NCBI GenBank assembly: GCA_907165135.1 | Contig: OU015567.1 | Location: 1,302,001 to 1,366,000 of the forward strand | DNA from: Oikopleura dioica | Taxonomy: Eukaryota > Animalia > Chordata | Length of the DNA stretch: 64,000 nt | Direction of reading: 5' to 3' | In this document: one piece after another, positions 24,068 to 36,652 of the stretch | How positions within the stretch are numbered: position 1 is the stretch's first letter | Layout of the letters: the number at the start of each line of letters is the position of its first letter | Translations under genes and position numbers: made by a program | The notes under the pieces: generated by a model | Told to the model about the DNA's origin: nothing | Seen by the model: only the letters and a program-made list of their open reading frames with translations | Databases searched by the model: none

Positions 24068-27000
24068 TTAATCAAGCCTTCTTTTCGAAAGACGAGTCGA
24101 GCGAACTGGAGTTTTTGAAACCTCGATTTTTGGCTTCTTTGCTCTTTTTTCTTCTTTGATTTTCTGACGTTCGATTTTGATCTTCTTTATTTCGTCCCTT
24201 TTCTTTAGAATTTCCTCCCTTTTCTTGCGAAATCGTTCTTTCAGCGTCTTTCGAACCTCCAGAGTAGTTTTGACTTCGTTCGAGTTGTCGATTCTATCCA
24301 AAAGCTCGTCCCGCTGTTTCTTTTTCATTCTCCTCAGGTAGTTGCCCAGCTTGTTAACTTGAACAACAGTTTGGTCGGCAATGTTTGCGAGCGCGGAACC
24401 AGTGCTCGTTTGTTCCTTGTACTTCAGGGTGGCAAAGACACTCTCGCAAAAGCGATTAGACGTCTCATATTTACCAGAAAGTCGAAGTGATTTCATCTGG
24501 TTGTAATCTTTCTGCAACTTTTTCTTTGCTTCTGTAAGGCACTGTCGAATCGTCTCATTCAGGTCGTCCCGAAGTTTAGCATCCCTTGGCATCTCTTTGA
24601 ATTCTCGAAGTTTCCTAAAGATAAAATTGAATCTTTACAAACTGATAAATTGGGGTACCCAAAAATTTATTTTTTTTTATAATTGATTAATTGGGATACC
24701 CAAAAATTAGTTTTTTTTATAAATTGATTAATTGGGGTACCCAAATATTATTTTTTTATAAATTGATTAATTGGGGTACCCAATAAATTGATCTTTAAAA
24801 TAATGGGATACCCAAAATTGTTTAATAAAAAAAACTTACAGGAAATATTCTGAGTCTTCGTAATTTTCCAGAACTCCATCAAAAAGATCGTCGTAAGGCT
24901 GTTTGGATTCGAGAATTTTCTCCAAAGCATCGAGGCAGGATTTCATTTGAATGCGGACATCTTCGATCGTGCCTTCTTCATTCTCTGATGCCCTGAGAAT
25001 AAGACCTGAGTACGAAGCCCAAATCAGAGGTGTCAGAGATGTGCTCAGAATAGCTAGTTGTTTATCTTGGAGGAGTGGGAGAAGTTCCTTTGCTCGTTTG
25101 CGGTCGGAGTATTTGCTGATGGTCTTGACAGTTGCCTCCCAGTAAAGCAAAAGGCCCTCGGCATTCTTCTTGGAAGAGCCGATTCGTGAACCCATGTCGG
25201 TGCAGTAGGCTTTCTTTGTAGATTTGTCGCCAAGTTCTACACGCACTTCGTCGAGCCTGAAAAAGAATTAATTGGGGTACCCAAAAAAGAATTTGAAAAA
25301 TTGATTGGGTTACCCAATTGGGCTACCCAAAAATGAAAACTTACTCATTCTTGAGATCTTCGCGATGATGGCCGCTGATTTTGCTTGAGCCAAAAAAGAA
25401 TTTTCAAGCAAGTGAAAATATCATTCGCTAAAGCAGAAAGTCCTTGCCGGCCGTATCGATCGATGTTCCCAGCCGTATGCAGAGCACACCAGATCCACTG
25501 CACTGGAATCTCGGAGTTCCTCTTCTTGTCGATGAATTCAATTATCTGCATGTTTGCAGCTTCTTGCGCACGGCAGGTGTCTGTGAGAATTGAGTCGGTT
25601 TTCTTCCAGATCTCATCAGAAAATGACAGTGTGTCGATAGAAAGAGTGACGGCTGTGAAGATTTCTTCAGCTGTTCCACCGAAAAGCTCAACGATCATGA
25701 ACAGCAGCTTTTCCCTTTCTTCGTTGATGAATACGACGTTCATGCATTGACGATTTGATTTTGAGGTTGTCTGAAAAAAGTATTTATTGGGGTACCCAAA
25801 TATTACAATTAAAAAAAATTATTGGGCTCCCCATAATTGGGGTACCCAAAATTTCAAAGAATAACTTACCCCGTCAGTAGCGAGTGTCAGGCGCTCGGCG
25901 TTCTTAACAAATTCTTCAAGCTGCACGAAAGTTGCTAGGAGAAGGTTTGGACGCAATTTGTAGAGGGTTGATTTGGCGACAGGTCGTCGAGTTTCGCCTT
26001 CAACTGGTTTCGAAAAGATTCTGTGCTCTTTGAATTTGTTCGTGCTGTTGAAATGAACCGAAGGAACGGACTGCGATGCAAGCTCGATCAAATGATTGAA
26101 ACGAGTCGTTGGTGGAAGTCTCGGGTTGTTTTTTCCTCTTCCAGAGACCGGTGTTGATTTTGATTTCACCAAATAGTAGTCTCTGTCTTTTCTAAAGTCG
26201 TCATCATCAATTTCTTCGCTGTAGTCGATCGTTTGTCGCTTTCTTTTCTTTCCAACAGCTGAGCATGAGGCGACATTTTCTTGTGAAGGCGTTTCTAAAG
26301 AAAAATTCAGTAAAAATAATCCGTTATTATTGGGGTCCCCAATTTGGGGACCCCAAAAAAAAACTTTTAAATGATTCGATATTATTGGGGTACCCAATTT
26401 GGGGACCCCAAAAAAAAACTATAAAATGATCCGATATTATTGGGGTACCCAATTTGGGAGCCCCAAAAAAAACTTTTAAATGATTCGATATTATTGGGGT
26501 ACCCAATTTGGGGACCCCAAAAAAAACTATAAAATGATCCGATATTATTGGGGTACCCAATTTGGGAGCCCCAAAAATACAATTGTCATGATTCTTTTTA
26601 ATTTTCTTTATTCTTACCTGTGAAATTCAGAATTGTTTCAGCCATCATTTCAGACGAATCTGGAGTTGGAATCGTTTGAGGATTCTCAAGAATCTGATCT
26701 GGCAACATTCCCTTCACTAAAAGCTTTGTTAGATTTTTTGGGATACCCAAAAATTTCTTTTATAAAAACAAGAGGCACCTTATTCAGGTGCCTTTTTATC
26801 TTGCTCGACTATTTAATTAATTCACTTGCCTGGCGATGTCTGAACTGCGCAATCATTAAGCAACATCGGGAGCTCTTCGTCTGAATCCAGGCCTTCTTCT
26901 GCCAGACATTCAAGACCGACTGTAGGATTCTCCTCGTCGAACCTTGTTTCTCCCTTTCGAAAAAGTCTCTCGGATTTGTGATGGAATGTCTGCATTTTCG

Positions 27001-27456
27001 GCTTTCTGGAAAAAAAAAGAGAGTAATCCAATTTCACTTTTTCTCGAAATCTTCTGAGGATTTTGCATGACTTCGTACCATAGGTACGATTCTCTTTGCA
27101 TTTGTTTATCTCTGCTTGACTTGCGATTTCATTCTCAACAAGTTTTTTTTCGACATCAACGAGTGTCAAAATCATTATTTACTTGATATGAATGAGATTT
27201 ATCCCGGAAATCCCTTTGTTTTTGCATCGAACCACTTGGTTTTGTCACCTTCTGCAGAAAGGTTCGAACCTAACATGGGGCGCAATGTCAACAGAGTTCG
27301 AGTGCATGGAAAGGCACTAGTTCCGGGCGCGCTCGTCGCGCGATTCCCTGCCGCGCCGTCACTTCCAGTCAAAAAACGGACAATTTCGCGAGGTTCTTGT
27401 TGCAGCATAGCCCCAAGATTTCGACAGATGCTTGAGAGATATCTGTTTCTGGACAT
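24068..27456 (-). CDS. Multi-exon DDE/CxxH transposase, one apparent frameshift, 5' exons unresolved
   Basis: LTLATDG (D1), ILTDTC (D2), WCALH (CxxH), TSNRFCESVFATLK (E); introns 24615-24839, 25257-25344, 25771-25869, 26295-26617, 26717-26829 (GC-AG). Confidence 0.8.
26326..26575. repeat. Intronic minisatellite, ~54-55-bp unit, about 4.5 copies
   Basis: Unit ttattggggtacccaatttgggg(a)ccccaaaaaaaac...; alternating variants cttttaaatgattcg / ctataaaatgatccg. Confidence 0.9.
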
Positions 27457-28164
27457 ATCAAAGAATTAGAGATTTCTAAGCTTATTTGCTACTTCAAAAG
27501 TAAGAGAAACTCATTTCTTGGCTCCGCGCCCCTCGTAATGCACTACTGCGGCGCCACCTTCACTCAGTTACAAGCAATTTCTGAAGGCTGTTCTTATTGC
27601 ATAGTCTTAAAATTTTTACAGATTCTGGCAAAAGGTCAATATTTTGACATATCAAAAAATCAGGAGTTTTGAAGCTTATTTGAGCACATAAAAAAGTACT
27701 TTTCTCCGCGTTTTGATGATTTCTATCGTTAAACGGCGAAAAAATACTTTTGAGAGTTAATTATGAATGAGAGTCATATTTTTAGTTATTTTATGATGTT
27801 TTTGACTGAAATTATGTCGAAAATAACAAAATAGCATCGGACAAGTTTGGGTGCGAAGGGCCGCGCCGCGCGCCGTTTTCCCGATAGAATCCCTACTTAT
27901 AACTTTTTTGGCATAAGGAATCCGAATCCGATGTCAATATTCGATAATTCGTAATTCTTACATTTTTTAATGTTAGATTTTTCGAGCAATAATATAAAAT
28001 GGGGAAGGAGGTTGTCTTTATGTTTAGACCATATCCTATTGTCTATAATAGGAAAAATTTTTATTTTTGATTCAAGGGCCGTTAAAAGATGGAAAAAATG
28101 ATAAATTATAATATCATAATTTATGATTGCCAAAATTGACCTCTCATGAATCGATGATAGAAAT

Positions 28165-28222
28165 TTATTTTGGAGACGCGTTTCGGCCTCAAGGGGCCTT
28201 CGTCAGCCCTAAGTATAAATTT
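28165..28222 (-). ncRNA. Minimal type I hammerhead ribozyme, intact core
   Basis: CTGACGA-aggccccttgaggcc-GAAAC-gcGTC on the minus strand. Confidence 0.8.
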
Positions 28223-28394
28223 AAATGAACGTTCAAAAAACAGGAAAAACAGTCTCTCACCTAGAGTGGACAATTTCGAATGAAGGAAAAGATTGAAAAC
28301 ATAAAAACATAACTCGCTTTCGCGGGCAGATGAAATGGAGCGCCAGAAAAAAGCGAATTATGTTTTTATGTTTTCAATCTTTGCCTTCATTCGA

Positions 28395-28896
28395 AGAGAG
28401 GAAGTTCATTCTCAATGGATATCCTCCAGGTTTGGTCGATGATAAAATAAAACTTCTTGATAAGCCGAAAAATGATAAGAAAGTGGAAGGGGAAATCATT
28501 CACAATTTTTGCGCTAGCTTTACTGGTCCCCGATGCGACATTATTGGCAGCAAAATGCGGGCTTTTCTCAAAAAAGTTACCCCAAAGTTCTTTCTAAGAC
28601 TTTGTTGGAAAATAGTTAGAATAGAACAATGTTTGCACCCAACCTGGAAGCGCCCGGTACCTGTTGAGCAGAAAAGTGGAGTCGTGTACCACTTCCAATG
28701 CCCATGTGGAAAAACGGATTACCAGGGTAAGACAAAGAGACAGCTTGGAACTAGAATTCGTGAACATTTTGAGCCACGTTATCGTAGTCCTATGTTTTTC
28801 CACTTTTTGAAGTGTCCAAAATTCAAAGGGGAATATGATAAATACCTTAGTGAGCCAGACACTCCTAAATTAAGCCTACTTCATCGAGAGCGTTAA
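28395..28896 (+). pseudogene. Penelope RT thumb plus GIY-YIG endonuclease fragment
   Basis: LNGYPPGLVD; KSGVVYHFQCPCGKTDYQGKTKRQLGTRIREH. Confidence 0.88.
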
Positions 28897-29204
28897 TCAA
28901 AACTAAATTTTGTTTCAAAAAGAACTATATTTCTGTTATCTCCAGCCAACCGTACTATAGAGACCGTGTCCTTTGTGAAGCGTTTTCGATCAAGTTAAAC
29001 GATCCTTGCTTGAATAAGCAGATCAAATTCGCAGAAGTTAAATTTCTGTAATGGAGCATTTGTAATTCGCTTTCTTCTGACGCTCCATTACATCTGCCCG
29101 TGAAAGCGAATTATGTTTTTATGTTTTCAATCTTTGCCTTCATTCGAAATTGTCCACTCTAGGTGAGAGACTGTTTTTCCTGTTTTTTGAACGTTCATTT
29201 AAAT

Positions 29205-29262
29205 CTGTACTTAGGGCTGACGAAGGCCCCTTGAGGCCTAAACGCGTCCCAAAAATAAATTT
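29205..29262 (+). ncRNA. Hammerhead ribozyme copy with mutated core
   Basis: CTGACGA-aggccccttgaggcc-TAAAC-gcGTC; GAAA changed to TAAA at 29239. Confidence 0.7.
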
Positions 29263-29629
29263 CTATCATCGATTATAATTTTTAATTTTTATATCTACGA
29301 TAAAAACAGTTTAATTGTCATTTTGATCTTTCTCGACCCTCCAAATTCTGTATTCAAAAGTTATTAAGAAAAGAGATTTCCATGTAATTTGCATATCTAA
29401 CCTTATTATTCTTTTTCAAGAATTAATGAATCTCTTGAACAAATATAAGACTTTTGTTTGGTCATAAAAATTTTAAATAGAGAATTTTTTATATCCTATA
29501 AATTTAAGAAAAATTAAATTCAATAGCCTCTTTCTTAAAGGGAAATATTTGAGCGAGAATTCTCATAAGTCGAAATCTCAAATAATTAATGTCCACTGTT
29601 TTGCATATGATCCTTAATTAAACCTTTAG

Positions 29630-32191
29630 TTGCTGTCTCTTGTCGCTTCTGCAGCGAGCCAATCATGCGGTGGATCAATCACTGGCGGATCAACCGTTGA
29701 AATCGTCACTCCTGGAGCGCCAAACCAAATGTACTATCATAATGAAAACTGTGTCTGGAATATCGCCTTTGATTATTCCGTAACGTCGTATCAGATAAGG
29801 CCAATTTGGTTTGGGCTCGAAAGTTGCTCTGATTGCAATTGCGACACGGCTGAAATAGTTGACAGATTTGGAAACGTTCAGAACTATTGCGGAAAAGCGT
29901 CACGTAAGCGTCGCGAATCAGAAAAGACAATTGAGATTGCTGTGAGACGTGATAATGCTATCACGACGGGCTTTCCAAGTTCCGGAATAACTTTGCCAGG
30001 ACGAACGGGAACAATTTCTTTCATCACAGATGGAAGTGTCTATGTCGATGGTTTCAGACTTGAGATTGTTCCCCAGCATTGCGGAGGAGTCATTGATACT
30101 GCAAGAACGATAGAATCGCCTAACTTCGGCTTGGGAAACTACTTTGACAATCTTGAATGCGTCTGGAACATCAATTTTCCGTCTGCCGCCGCTATCCAAA
30201 TTGTGTCATCATCATTCCAGCTCGAGTCCGAAAGTACATGCGGTTATGACACAGTTCAGATCATCGACAACCAAGGAATTGAACAAAATTTCTGTGGATA
30301 CTCATCTCGACGACGACGCGATTCCGACGAACAGTCTGAAAAAAATGGGCTTAGTGCACGACGAGCTAATGCTGTTTCTTCTGGATTTCCAAGTGATGGC
30401 ATTGCTCTCATCGGAAACACAGGAACAATTTCTTTCATCACCGACGGAAGTAGCGTTCATCCTGGCTTCCGTCTCGAAATTTCACCACTCGCTTCGATAC
30501 CTTGTGGTGGTACAATTGGAGAAGGCGACGTTATCGAATCACCAGGCTTTACGTCAGGCTCCTACTTCGACAATTTAAATTGTGTATGGAACATCGAACT
30601 GCCATCCTCTGCAGCTGCGTTTCAATTAATCGCATCAACGTTCGAGCTCGAATCTGAAAGCACATGCGGTTATGACACATTTCAAATCATTGACAATCGA
30701 GGGAGCGAACAGAATTTTTGCGGATATTCTTCTCGGCGACGACGAGAGTCGGATGAATTGCTAGTTAAAAATCGGCTCAATACAAGACGAGAAAATGCAT
30801 TCACAAATGGATTTCCAAGCGATGGCGTTACCGTTTTTGGAAACACAGGAACCATTTCTTTCATCACCGATGGTAGTAGCGTTCACGCTGGTTTCAGAAT
30901 CGAAGTTATACCGCTCACGTCAATCCCTTGTGGCGGAGTTGTCGGCGAAAGCGACGTTATCAAGTCACCAGGCTTTGACACAGGCTCCTATTACGATAAT
31001 TTGAGTTGTACCTGGACCGTGCAGTTGTCCGAGTCAGTTCCCGCTTTCGAAATCTTGCCTGTCTCTTTTGGACTTCAAAACTGCTCAAATTGCGAATGTG
31101 ACAATCTACACATCATAGATGAGGAAGGGTCAGAGTATCAATTCTGCGGAGATGATGGTATGCAAACATTAGGCATAAATGGAAATACGGCAACGATAAT
31201 CTTTACATCTAATGGGGACACCATTGACTCAGGCAGAGTTTATTAACAACATGAATCGTTAACTACAGCCCGCCTAAGCGCCGTCCAAAATTTTACGATC
31301 CGTTAACTTTTTTTAAGAACTAATCTCAACCAAATAAAAACAGAGCATTCTACATCTTTAAGTTGTATCATGCTTTCCCTTTACGAACATCTTTACCCGA
31401 AATTATGGCCTAAAAATCATAAATATGCATATTTTATCTGAATATTTTGTCAGGTCGTGTTCATCTAAGCGCAAATTGGCTGAATTTTGGCTCAAAAATA
31501 GCCAAAAATGGCGTTTTTTCGAATTTTTAGAATTAAGGCGTCTCCTTGAGGTAGGTTTTTCCTTGGGCCAATGATAGATCAGTACAAAATAATAGGAGAT
31601 AGGCTTTCTCAGAAAGCACATTTAAGAAGTGCTTTTGTTCGTCTTGATTCATCCAAATCGGCTGAATTTCCATTCAGAGATGGACAAAACGGGGGGTGAC
31701 TTTTACTCTTTTTGTCAAACTCAAACTAAGGTTTCGAACTGCAACTTGTTCCTTTGGATGCCCCTCTTTCTCTTTCACCAACAGCTGCATGGCAAGAACT
31801 TGATGCTGCTTATAGCAGCCTCTTTCAAGGAATTTTCAATAGCTATGAGCTAATGCCAAATATTCCTTCGATCAAGAAGGCGAATCGACTTCGAGATTTT
31901 TTCCAAAAGATATCGAACTTTCCGTCTCGCACCTCGGACTCGTGTGCTAATTACGCTGGATCAGGCGATCCAAATGATTTTATTGTCCCCTCTTACGATG
32001 AGCAAGATCTTTGCGGCTCCCTTAACACTTTCTTCATGTCCGCTAAGAGCTACCATAACGCATTCGTCTGCATGGACGGCGTCGATCTCACTGCTAACAA
32101 TAGATGGGCCGCACACAAGATGACTCGGCTTATTCAACGGCAAAGACACATTCTTTTCACCAGAAAATTGCGACGGTTAAACTGCTTCTAA
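29630..32191 (+). CDS. Secreted 4xCUB-domain protein (oikosin-like) with C-terminal Cys-containing domain; first exon not located
   Basis: Four CGG..SP..Y..N..CxW...CxxD..CG..F.TDG..GF repeats; GC-AG intron 31233-31730 completes CUB4 (DSG|FELQLVP). Confidence 0.9.
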
Positions 32192-33473
32192 AATGTGATC
32201 GAACTATTCACATCAAACTGATCTATGATTCACTATATGAAAAACGCGTTACATATTTCTGATAAATCAGTTTATCTTAAAACTGCACTTTCTTTTTGAA
32301 ATTTCGGTATTCACTTTGAACCATTTTTATAATGGTTTTTTAGATCAAAGTTTACTTTGCTTAAGCAAATCTCTCGTCATAATACCATCGGTGTTTTACC
32401 TACGTATTTATTGTGCCCTTCTCTTATACTCAATCTTACAAATAAACATATTATGGTGAAGTCTATTTATTCAAAAAGATGCAGAACAGTATGCTGCATA
32501 CTCTATCTTTCCAGGAAAGAAGAAAAAGCGATTGTCGGTGGGAGCCAATTGAAAATGACCAATTTTTGCGTATTTGTCTTCAGAAAATGAAATTTATTAC
32601 ATAATAGTCTCTTGTTCATCTAAAAAACACCAAAAATTGAAGAATTTCTGTCTCCGAGACTGTGATAACACGTCAGTCAGACCATTTCGCTCCGAAGAAG
32701 CAAAATTCTTTTAGACGGGCGGGTGAATTGATACGAGCCAATGTCAAGAAATTTTTCACTTCTAAGAGGTTTCATTTGTTTTTGACACTATAACTAGTCT
32801 ATAGATTGCGAAAATTTTAAAAACACCAAGCTCTTCTCTGAAACCCACCAGAGTTAAATAACAACCTAAAGGCAACTCAGACAAATCAGAAACAAATAAT
32901 GATACCAGATTCGAAATCAATATTACAAAATTGGTGTAAACTGAAATTTCAAGCAGATCCAATAATCCGTTTTCTTAAGTGTAGTGGAGTACAATTTCTG
33001 TCCGAGCAATGAAGGTTCCATCTGTTGCATACAGTAAAAGACTTTTTTTACAAAAATGAGAATATAAGACAAAAAATGTCTTCTGAAAGTTTGGATGAGA
33101 TCGAGAGACGCCATTTTTCTTTTTTGAACCCTAACATTGTTATAGAAGCGAAAAATTCCACCTTCCTCCTTGTTGATTTCAATCAATTTCAGATGATTCT
33201 CAAATTATAATTCCTTGAATCTCAAGTCCGTTTGGTCAATTAGGCAGGTTCTAAAAGCAAATCTCGCCAACGAATTGATCATTTTTCGGAAATCAAAATA
33301 AAAATCGAATATTTAATTCAAAAAGGATGAAAACATTGAGTTCTGAATAATTTGGCCCAAGGCTGGCCGCTTTTTTCAAAAAAATCTACTCTGAAAAAAA
33401 AGTAACAATTTTCAAGAGAAATTTAGTTTCACAAATAAAGTTTAAACCTGGTGAAAAAAAAGCATTAAAATTG

Positions 33474-36400
33474 ATGACTCAAGAAATTCCGCTCATTTTC
33501 TGGCCGTTATTGTTTATTCAAATTTTGTTGTTTTACAAAAAAGCGCCAGAAAAAGGAATTCATCAAGAAAGCTCAATTTTACGCAAGTCGCCCAGGGGTT
33601 TAAGAAAATCAGAATCAAACGAAAACGAATTCCACCATTTTTTCGGGGAAACATCGGATTACACTGGAGATTATCGGATAATCAGGGACAGCTCTCATTT
33701 ATCCTCCTTCCGGAAATGCGCGGTTTTCATTCTTTGGAAATCTAGAATCATAAAAATCTTCCATTTGATAGTCCAAGATCATAAATTATAAAAATAAATT
33801 AAAAAAATAATTGACCAAATAATAAAATTTACAAAAACAGAGTTGCAAATTTTGATTAATTTTGCTGAGCTGAGCTGAGCTGGCCTTTTTCAGAGGTCAT
33901 TGAGCGGAGCTGAGCTGAGCAGAGAGGACCCTAATTAGAGCTGAACTGAGCTGATTGAGCTGAGCTGAGCTTTTTTTACGGTTTTTGGTTGTAAATTGCA
34001 TTAAAATTATTGAGCTGAGCAAAGTGATAATTGTCTGAGCTAAGCTGAGCAGAACAGATCATGTTCGAAAATAATTGAGCTGAGCTGAGCTGAGTGATAA
34101 TTGTCTGAGCTGAGCGGATCAGATCATTTTCCAAAATCACTGAGCTGAGCTGAGCGACTGCTCAGCTCACTCAGCCAGCTCAGCTCACTCAGCTCAGCAA
34201 ATTTGCAACTCTGACAAAAAGTATTAAATATTCGTATCGCTGTTACAACTATTGAATCAAGATAGCTCAAAAAAGAGCTATTTGAAAGATACTACTTAGC
34301 TTCTGGCCTCAGCGGCGATTACGAAGATGTGACACTTGCGACCTTCGCGACGGTGCCAGAGATTCCACAGGTGCGCCCGTTTCTTTTTTTATCGCGCAGT
34401 TCAGAATCTGAAACCGCTGCCTTGACAAATTTGAATTAAACGGGAGATCACTTTTCAACCGCGAATTATTCTAGCTCTGGGACTTGGCTCGAAAGTGGCG
34501 GGGACCAATGTCGATTTGCTTGTTCGTTGATGGAGATCAGGGAAAGCGGATACACCTATTACTTGAATATCTGGACTTTGAAAAGTCAGAAAACCGCGAA
34601 AGCGGAAAAATTAAAAAACTCTAAAATGTGTATCTGCGGTAAAAAGTCTTCTCTAGCGCACATTGCAATCGAAAAATTCCGGAAATGCTCCGGACTTGAC
34701 GAAAGCATTCCACTACACTTTCATCTAGTTTATCCGACCTCGCTAGAAGGAAAGGGTTAACTACCACGTAATACTGCCTTTTCGAAAAAAAAGCAAAAAG
34801 TTCAAATTGTCTAACCGCCAATTTGAAAAGTAAAATCAAGTTTTTTTTTTGCTAAATCTTTGTGTTTAAAATATTTCCCGAGGAAAACCCCGTAAAGCTC
34901 TTACTGACGACGTCCGGCTGGCAGAATTGAAGGAAAAGCGGATTGACTTGGGCGCGCATAATTGTTAATTCGTTATTCACGAAATATAGAATTTGTGAAA
35001 GCGCCGCCGCGTTTTTTTTTCCTCAAAAAAGTATTTTTCCTGTGCTGAATTGAAGGAATTATGCCAAAAGCAACAGCGGCCGATCGACCAATTTGCTGCG
35101 AATAGACCGCCCAAAAATCTGCTCAGGAATATCGCAAAGGTAAAAGAAAAAAACGATAGATTTCGAGGGATCGTTGGCAAATTTGATTCCAGATAAAAAT
35201 GTCGCAAAATTTAAAAAAGGCATTTTTCTCTCAAATCAACACGCAAAAAACTGGTGTCTTTTGACACCTGGATGTTTTCTAGGACTTGTTTATTTTTATA
35301 AAATATATAATTGAATTTCTTCTTAAAAACTTACTCAATTATTTTTCGATTTTGTAGCGAGCCTTATTCTTTTTAAACAAAAACCTTCAACACTTGTTCT
35401 AGCCAGAATTCAGGTCTTTTGAAAGTAAGCCCTTTTAAGAATAATTTTAAGAATAAACCCAGTTATATTCACTACTAAGCCCTTTTTTTTCTCGTGAGAC
35501 CGGAAATGCCGATCCACGCAGCTGCAGAATGTTCACATGCACCTTTTTTCAAAACAAGCGATAATTTGTTTTCCCCTCTTCACCTCCTTTTTCCGTAATC
35601 TCTGTTTTGCTTATTATTTTTAAGGATTCAGCAGGGACCGATTTCGTTCTCTCGTCCGATGTTTCACTTTTGCCAAACGATGACCTCCGCCAAAATTTCC
35701 TCAAATTCGCCAAAGCAGGCGGTTTATTTGAGAGCGCGAAAAAACAAGCTTTTGTCGTTCCAGCTTTTGAGATGAAAAATGGCCATCCTTTTCCAAGCAA
35801 CGGCTTTTTCAGTTAAAAAGAAATATTTATAATTAATTCAGATAATTTATTTTTAGATAATAAATTTTGAATAATAAGAATAAAAAACAATTATTTTAGT
35901 TCTTGAAATATTTTTTCATTTCAATAATAATTCATTAAATAATTTTATATCAAATTCTTGAAGAAATTAAAAAAAAAAATTATTTATTAATAATTTTAAT
36001 TAAAATATATTTTAAATCAGGAAAAAACTTTCGATTTTAAGAAAAATTTTTTTAAAAATGATGGATCAAATTTTCAAATAAGGAAACAATCAATCATTAA
36101 GATCAAATAAATCAGAAATAAATCTATTATCTTTCATAAAGCAAAATTCTAGTCCTCAGTCTTGATCGAAAAGCCTGTCAAAGAAGCAAAATGGAATTGA
36201 TACACGAGCTCTCGAGCGGAAACGTGCAGCGACTGCACCAGCACCACTGCCCCGGTACCCCCTTAAATCGCTCGAATTTGCTTTAATTTTCCGTAGCTTG
36301 CCATTTAAACGAAGATTTTCACAGTTGGTCAATGTCCACAAGCGATACAATTGCGTCAAATTGGACGGAAAATTGGCAGCCTTTTTTAATCACGAAAAGA

Positions 36401-36652
36401 TCGGCGGTCAACTTCGACGAAAGATTCGACGATTTCGATTTCGACCGAAAAAGTCAATTTTGCGAAATGCATTTGTCCGATTACAACGTCGCGATTTTCG
36501 CCGACGGTTTTTTGGTGAAAGAAGGATTTGACGAAAACCCGCCGCCTCGCGTCTACGGCTACGCGCAGCAGAATTGGCTGCTCTTTAATTATCGCTTCAA
36601 AGACGAAATGCAGAAGAAATATAACACCACCAAGGCATGCAAGGAGGTATGA
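33474..36652 (+). CDS. B4GAT1: Beta-1,4-glucuronyltransferase 1-like (GT49) type II membrane protein
   Basis: N-terminal TM, TGDYRII, DVTLAT, KWRGPMSI, PKNLLRNIAK, AFVVPAFE, WQPF..FDERF..SQFCEMH..GFLV..GF. Confidence 0.85.
33838..34213. mobile_element. hAT-type MITE with (GCTGA)n arrays in a B4GAT1 intron
   Basis: TIR CAGAGTTGCAAA, flanking acaaaaa duplication; same family as 62964-63803. Confidence 0.8.

Larger units (their letters stand above)
23772..27895 (-). mobile_element. hAT-like DDE transposon, 4124 bp
   Basis: Perfect 15-bp TIR TAGGGATTCTATCGG; perfect 8-bp TSD CTTATAAC (23764-23771 and 27896-27903). Confidence 0.92.
28149..29272 (+). mobile_element. 5'-truncated Penelope-like element with inverted pLTR
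   Basis: ~28149-28360 is the reverse complement of ~29063-29272; encloses RT-thumb and GIY-YIG coding sequence. Confidence 0.9.

Noticed and set aside
26326-26575. CRISPR-like array
   Set aside because: The 'spacers' are near-identical alternating variants, there are no cas genes, and it lies in a eukaryotic intron: a minisatellite
35820-36100. Extremely AT-rich tracts (also ~37380, 44220, 52370)
   Set aside because: Low-complexity intron or intergenic filler with no periodic unit
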